From Verrucomicrobiaceae bacterium (GTDB taxonomy: Bacteria; Verrucomicrobiota; Verrucomicrobiia; Verrucomicrobiales; Akkermansiaceae): a DNA stretch of 64,000 nucleotides. The notes under the pieces are model-generated. The model ran no database searches, had not been told where the DNA came from, and was given only the letters and a program-made list of their open reading frames with translations. Positions 59,489-64,000 of this stretch are shown piece after piece (position 1 is the first letter of the stretch; every line of letters begins with the position of its first letter). The stretch lies in assembly GCA_051252135.1 (NCBI GenBank), contig JBPOGH010000009.1:1-64000 (forward strand). The letters are read 5' to 3'. The position numbers and the translations under genes were made by a program.

Positions 59489-60601
59489 ATGTTTGAAGGA
59501 TTTTATGATGGCAAGAAAGTGTTGGTCACGGGCCACACGGGTTTTAAGGGTTCGTGGATTTGCGAATGGCTTTTGGCTCTTGGTGCGGAGGTGACGGGGT
59601 ATGCCCTCGATCCACAGCCTCATGAGACTCTTTATGACAAGTTGCGTTTGGGAGAGCGGATTAGCCGGGATGTGCGGGGTGATGTGGCGGATCGGGAGGC
59701 GTTGACGGCCTTGGTGGCGGAGGTTCGTCCTGATGTCGTTCTTCATCTTGCCGCCCAGCCACTGGTGCGGCTTTCGTATGATATTCCGGTGGATACGTTT
59801 GCCACCAACGTGATGGGAACGGTTCATGTGTTGGATGCGGTGAGGCAGTCCGGACATGAATGCTCGGTGGTATCGGTGACGACGGACAAGTGTTACGACA
59901 ACCGGGAGTGGCTCCATGCCTATCGTGAGGAGGATGCGATGGGAGGGCACGATCCATATAGCGCGAGCAAGGGAGCGGCGGAGATCGTTATTTCATCCTA
60001 TCGGCGGTCATTTTTCCCGCTAGCGGGGCCAGTGAAATTGGCGAGCGCCCGTGCAGGAAACGTCATTGGAGGGGGCGACTGGGCTGCGGACCGGATTATC
60101 CCGGATTGCATTCGGGCCCTTCGTGCAGGTGAGACCATTCCAGTAAGGAATAAAACCGCAACGCGTCCCTGGCAGCATGTGCTGGAGCCGTTGTCCGGCT
60201 ATTTGTGGCTCGGATCGGTGTTGGGAAATTCTGACAGTTGTTTGAAGGAGTTGAGGTCGGAGATTGCTTCGGGATTCAATTTTGGGCCTTCACTTCGAAG
60301 CAACAAGACGGTGGCGGAGCTGGTGCAGGAGCTGACCGTTCATACGGGAGGGGAGTGGGAGGATGTTTCCGATCCAGGAGCTCTTCATGAGGCGTCCAAG
60401 TTAAATCTTGCGACCGACAAGGCTTTTCATCTTTTGCAGTGGCAGCCAGTGTGGTCCTTTGAGGAGACACTTCAAGAGACGGCCAGCTGGTATCTCGCTG
60501 ATGAGAAGGGGGAGGACGATATGAGTGTCTTTACCCGCCATCAAATTTCAGCCTATGGAGATTCAGCCCGGGCGGCCGGGGTTCTCTGGGCGAAAAAATA
60601 A
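59489..60601 (+). CDS. rfbG: CDP-glucose 4,6-dehydratase
   Basis: TGHTGFKGSW, HLAAQPLVR, TTDKCY, YSASK, RAGNVIGGGDWA, RPWQHVLEPL. Confidence 0.95.
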   Translation: MFEGFYDGKKVLVTGHTGFKGSWICEWLLALGAEVTGYALDPQPHETLYDKLRLGERISRDVRGDVADREALTALVAEVRPDVVLHLAAQPLVRLSYDIPVDTFATNVMGTVHVLDAVRQSGHECSVVSVTTDKCYDNREWLHAYREEDAMGGHDPYSASKGAAEIVISSYRRSFFPLAGPVKLASARAGNVIGGGDWAADRIIPDCIRALRAGETIPVRNKTATRPWQHVLEPLSGYLWLGSVLGNSDSCLKELRSEIASGFNFGPSLRSNKTVAELVQELTVHTGGEWEDVSDPGALHEASKLNLATDKAFHLLQWQPVWSFEETLQETASWYLADEKGEDDMSVFTRHQISAYGDSARAAGVLWAKK

Positions 60602-60636
60602 TCAACAAACCGAATTAGCATCCAATCCATTTTCCG

Positions 60637-62157
60637 ATGACATCCGAAGAAATTAAGAAAGAAATTCTCAGACTGACGCGCGAGTTTTCGCGGCTGACTC
60701 ACAGTGCAAACCGACCAGGTAATGATCCTTCCCATGAAGCATTTGTTGCGGGGAAAACGACGGTGCCTTATGCGGGAAGGGTCTTTGACGAGGATGAAGT
60801 GGAAGCCGCGGTTTCCAGTACGCTGGATTTCTGGCTTACGATGGGGAGCGAAGGTGAGGCGATGCAGGAGGAGCTGGCCCGGTTTATGGGGGTGAAGCAC
60901 AGCCTTTTGGTGAACTCCGGCTCTTCGGCCAACCTGATCGCTTTCAGCGCCCTAACCACCCATAAGTTGCCGGAGCACAAAAGGATCCGCAAAGGTGATG
61001 AGGTGATTACGGTGGCGGCCGGTTTCCCGACAACTGTTTCTCCGATTATCCAGTGCGGCGCGGTTCCCGTTTTCATTGATGCGAAGACGTACACAGGGAA
61101 CGCCGATTGCTCACTTCTGGAGGATGCCTATGTCGAAGGGAAGACCAAGGCGGTGATGATGGCGCACGCTCTTGGAAATCCGTTCGAGCTCGTGACTGTC
61201 CTGGAGTTTTGCAAGAAATACGATCTTTGGTTGATCGAGGATAACTGCGATGCTCTGGGTTGCACCTATTCGCTTCCGCTTGAAAAAGCCGAGGAATTGG
61301 GTCTTCAGCATCTCATTAAACTGGCCGAGAAAGAGGACCGGAGTGAGGAGTTTCCGAAGATCGAAGACGGGATTCTCATCGCGTATACGGGAACCTTTGG
61401 AGATATTTCCACGCAATCGTTCTACCCGCCGCATCACTTGACGATGGGCGAAGGGGGGTCGGTGAATATCATTAAGCGGGCTCCATTGAAGACTTATGCG
61501 GAGAGCTTTCGTGATTGGGGTCGTGACTGCTGGTGTCCATCGGGCAAGGACGATACTTGTTGCAAGAGATTCCAATGGCAGCTGGGAGAGCTTCCGGAAG
61601 GCTATGACCATAAGTATATCTACAGTCATATCGGGTTCAATGTGAAGCCACTCGATCCCCAGGCTGCGATCGGTCGGGTTCAATTGAGACGGCTCCCTGA
61701 TTTTATCCAGGCCCGGAAGGACAATTGGCAGTATCTCCGCAAGGGGCTTGCCTCACTGGAGAAGTATATTGATTTTGCTTTGCCGACCCATGCGACCGCG
61801 TGGAATGAGGATGGAAGTTTTGAATGGGATGAATCCGGGTGCCGGAGTGATTGCTCGTGGTTTGGATTCAAGATGACCATTAAGGAGGATGCGCCGTTCA
61901 CCCGGACGGAGCTGGCGTCCCATCTGGATGAGAACAAGATTGGAAACCGGATGCTCTTTGGCGGGAATCTGGTTCGGCAGCCGGCCTTTGTTCAGCTTCG
62001 CCATGATGATCCTTCCGCGATGCGGGTTGCCACTCCGTTGCCCGGGGCGGATCGCATTATGAACCAGACGATGTTCCTTGGAACGTATCCGGGACTGACC
62101 AAGGAAATGATGGACTACATGATCAAGGTGATTTGTGAGTTTGCGGCAGCAAAATAG
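60637..62157 (+). CDS. rfbH: CDP-4-dehydro-6-deoxyglucose 3-dehydratase (RfbH/DdhC)
   Basis: NSGSSANL, EDNCDALG, SFYPPHHLTMGEGG (His in place of the usual Lys), RDWGRDCWC, YDHKY. Confidence 0.92.
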   Translation: MTSEEIKKEILRLTREFSRLTHSANRPGNDPSHEAFVAGKTTVPYAGRVFDEDEVEAAVSSTLDFWLTMGSEGEAMQEELARFMGVKHSLLVNSGSSANLIAFSALTTHKLPEHKRIRKGDEVITVAAGFPTTVSPIIQCGAVPVFIDAKTYTGNADCSLLEDAYVEGKTKAVMMAHALGNPFELVTVLEFCKKYDLWLIEDNCDALGCTYSLPLEKAEELGLQHLIKLAEKEDRSEEFPKIEDGILIAYTGTFGDISTQSFYPPHHLTMGEGGSVNIIKRAPLKTYAESFRDWGRDCWCPSGKDDTCCKRFQWQLGELPEGYDHKYIYSHIGFNVKPLDPQAAIGRVQLRRLPDFIQARKDNWQYLRKGLASLEKYIDFALPTHATAWNEDGSFEWDESGCRSDCSWFGFKMTIKEDAPFTRTELASHLDENKIGNRMLFGGNLVRQPAFVQLRHDDPSAMRVATPLPGADRIMNQTMFLGTYPGLTKEMMDYMIKVICEFAAAK

Positions 62158-62162
62158 AATCG

Positions 62163-62705
62163 ATGAAATTGATTAGTGAGCCACTGCCCGGACTGAAGGT
62201 GTATTGTCCCTTCGTGTTCGAAGACGAGCGGGGAAACTTTGTGAAGCCTTTTCACGAGGGGCAGCTTGCCGGGATCGGGATTGAAATGGAGGTGAGAGAA
62301 GAGTTCTTCTCAACTTCAGGGAAGGGCGTCCTGCGAGGGATGCATTTTCAGCTTCCGCCCCACGATCACGCAAAGATTGTCTATTGTATCACGGGGTCAG
62401 TGCGAGATGTGATTCTGGATCTGAGGAAGAATTCCCCGACGTTTGGCCAAGCGGTAGGGGTCGAGCTTTCCAGTAAAAACAGGCACTGTGTCTATATTCC
62501 AAAAGGAATGGCCCACGGGTTTCTGAGTTTGGAGGATTGTTCGTGCCTGGTTTATAAAACCGACTCGGTGCATGCGCCGGATTCCGACAGTGGAATCTTG
62601 TGGAACAGTTTCGGGTTTGACTGGCAGCTTGAGGATGTTGATCCGATCGTGAGCGGGCGCGATCAAGTGCATTCCCGATTGGAAGAGTTTAATTCACCAT
62701 TTTAG
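62163..62705 (+). CDS. RmlC-family NDP-4-keto-sugar epimerase
   Basis: DERGNF, GVLRGMHFQ, DLRKNSPTFG, GMAHGF. Confidence 0.9.
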   Translation: MKLISEPLPGLKVYCPFVFEDERGNFVKPFHEGQLAGIGIEMEVREEFFSTSGKGVLRGMHFQLPPHDHAKIVYCITGSVRDVILDLRKNSPTFGQAVGVELSSKNRHCVYIPKGMAHGFLSLEDCSCLVYKTDSVHAPDSDSGILWNSFGFDWQLEDVDPIVSGRDQVHSRLEEFNSPF

Positions 62706-62707
62706 AT

Positions 62708-63547
62708 ATGAAGATTTTTTTAACGGGAGCTACGGGATTTATAGGTTCACATGTGGTTAATCAGGCTACCGCTGCCGGGATCGAAGTGACCGGTTTGAGA
62801 AGGAGCCCCGAGTCCTCTCCCCGGGTTCCCCTCCTGACCGATCCGCAATGGCTGGACAGTGCAATGGACAGCATCCCTCCCCATTCATTTGAGGGACATG
62901 ATGTCCTGGTTCATCTTGCGGCCCATACGCCCAATCTGCCGTATGACACGCTGGAGCAGTGTATCTACTGGAATTGTGAAGTTGCGCTTAAGATGCTGAA
63001 TCAAGCGTATGATCAGGGCGTCCGCAAATTTGTCCTGGCCGGTTCTTGTTTTGAGTATGGAAACTCCGGGCAGCAATACGATTTCATTCCTCCCAATGCC
63101 CCGCTGGAACCAAGCGGGACTTACCCGACATCGAAGGCGATGTCTTATCTGGCGTTTCGTGAATGGGCGAAGGGACGGGATGCTGAGGTGTCCTATCACC
63201 GGATTTTTCACGTTTACGGAGAGGGTGAGGCTGCGACCAGAATGTGGCCCGCGTTGCGGAAAGCGGCGATGGACGGGGAGGACTTCGATATGACGGAAGG
63301 CGAGCAAGTGAGGGATTTCATCAACGTGACCGATCTGGCTGCCCAAATCCTCGAGCGATGTGCGAATCAGGGCTACGAAAGCGGTGAATTGCACTGTGAG
63401 AATCTGGGAACAGGCCGGCCACAAACATTGAAGGATTTTGCAGTCGAGTGCTGGAACGGGTGGGGCGCGAAAGGGAGTTTGCTTTTCGGGAAAGTGCCTT
63501 ATCGGGCGAATGAGGTCATGAGATACGTGCCTCTGGTGAGAGAGTAA
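62708..63547 (+). CDS. NAD-dependent epimerase/dehydratase (SDR), probable NDP-4-keto-sugar reductase
   Basis: TGATGFIG, GSCFEYG, YPTSK, GEQVRDFI. Confidence 0.85.
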   Translation: MKIFLTGATGFIGSHVVNQATAAGIEVTGLRRSPESSPRVPLLTDPQWLDSAMDSIPPHSFEGHDVLVHLAAHTPNLPYDTLEQCIYWNCEVALKMLNQAYDQGVRKFVLAGSCFEYGNSGQQYDFIPPNAPLEPSGTYPTSKAMSYLAFREWAKGRDAEVSYHRIFHVYGEGEAATRMWPALRKAAMDGEDFDMTEGEQVRDFINVTDLAAQILERCANQGYESGELHCENLGTGRPQTLKDFAVECWNGWGAKGSLLFGKVPYRANEVMRYVPLVRE

Positions 63548-63642
63548 GACGCACTTGCCCGGACTCCGGGACTTGATTTGAAGGTCAATCACGTGGGCTT
63601 CGCCACGAGACCAACTTCCCCAATCGAGGGGTTTTTAATTTT

Positions 63643-64000
63643 GTGAAAAAGATAAGGCTGATTGTCCACTGTCCCAATATCGATCAGACGATTGGGATCA
63701 TGGGGGTGTACCAAGCGATGCTGGCAGACCTCAATACGAGCGCAGAGTCAGGCGACGTCTATCTGGGATTTGATTATAAGGATTACTACCATTTTACGTG
63801 GAGCGATAGCACGAGGAGTGAAATCGTTGCCCTCAAGAAGTCCCCGCGGGCCGAGGGTGTTCGGTCCAAGGCGACATGCTCGTTGTTTTTGCCGTGGTCG
63901 ACTCCGTGGTCGCTTCTGATCAATGTGTGCCGAGCGGTATGGAGAGGGGAACGGGTTGTGATTCCCACGTGGGGGTTCTTTTCCAGCCAGCAGTATGAAA
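63643..64000 (+). CDS. Partial CDS (5' end), possibly a glycosyltransferase
   Basis: Frame open from GTG 63643 to the window end (MKKIRLIVHCPNIDQ...VVIPTWG); product inferred from context only. Confidence 0.5.
   Translation, partial: MKKIRLIVHCPNIDQTIGIMGVYQAMLADLNTSAESGDVYLGFDYKDYYHFTWSDSTRSEIVALKKSPRAEGVRSKATCSLFLPWSTPWSLLINVCRAVWRGERVVIPTWGFFSSQQYE

Overview
Bacterial DNA, most likely from Verrucomicrobiota (inferred from four PEP-CTERM proteins, a DUF1549/DUF1553 + DUF1501 pair, a CotH/lamin-tail surface protein, DUF1080 and a PQQ-like propeller). Bases 1-41 kb mix housekeeping genes (hemL, hrpA, an RRM RNA-binding protein, an SbtA-family permease) with many secreted proteins and small repeats (two MITE-like elements, REP-like palindromes, a 12-bp tandem repeat). 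From 41 kb to the end is a co-oriented surface-polysaccharide locus that runs off the window. It is headed by a GbsR/MarR regulator and a NusG/RfaH paralogue, and encodes GDP-fucose synthesis, PAPS synthesis (cysC/D/N), Wzx, glycosyltransferases, a Wzy-like protein and CDP-3,6-dideoxyhexose synthesis. The strongest hidden signal is a secreted thioredoxin-like reading frame (5329-6330, minus) interrupted by one in-frame TGA followed by a SECIS-like hairpin, a candidate selenoprotein that the ORF track splits in two. Also notable are a 65-aa repeat-derived in-frame stretch inside hrpA, a MITE inserted into the overlapping stop codons of two convergent genes, a three-gene discoidin-module/CotH operon, a C-terminal domain shared by four secreted proteins, and a tandem nucleotidyltransferase-motif protein in the polysaccharide locus. 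All family assignments come from motif recognition by eye; no database searches were run.
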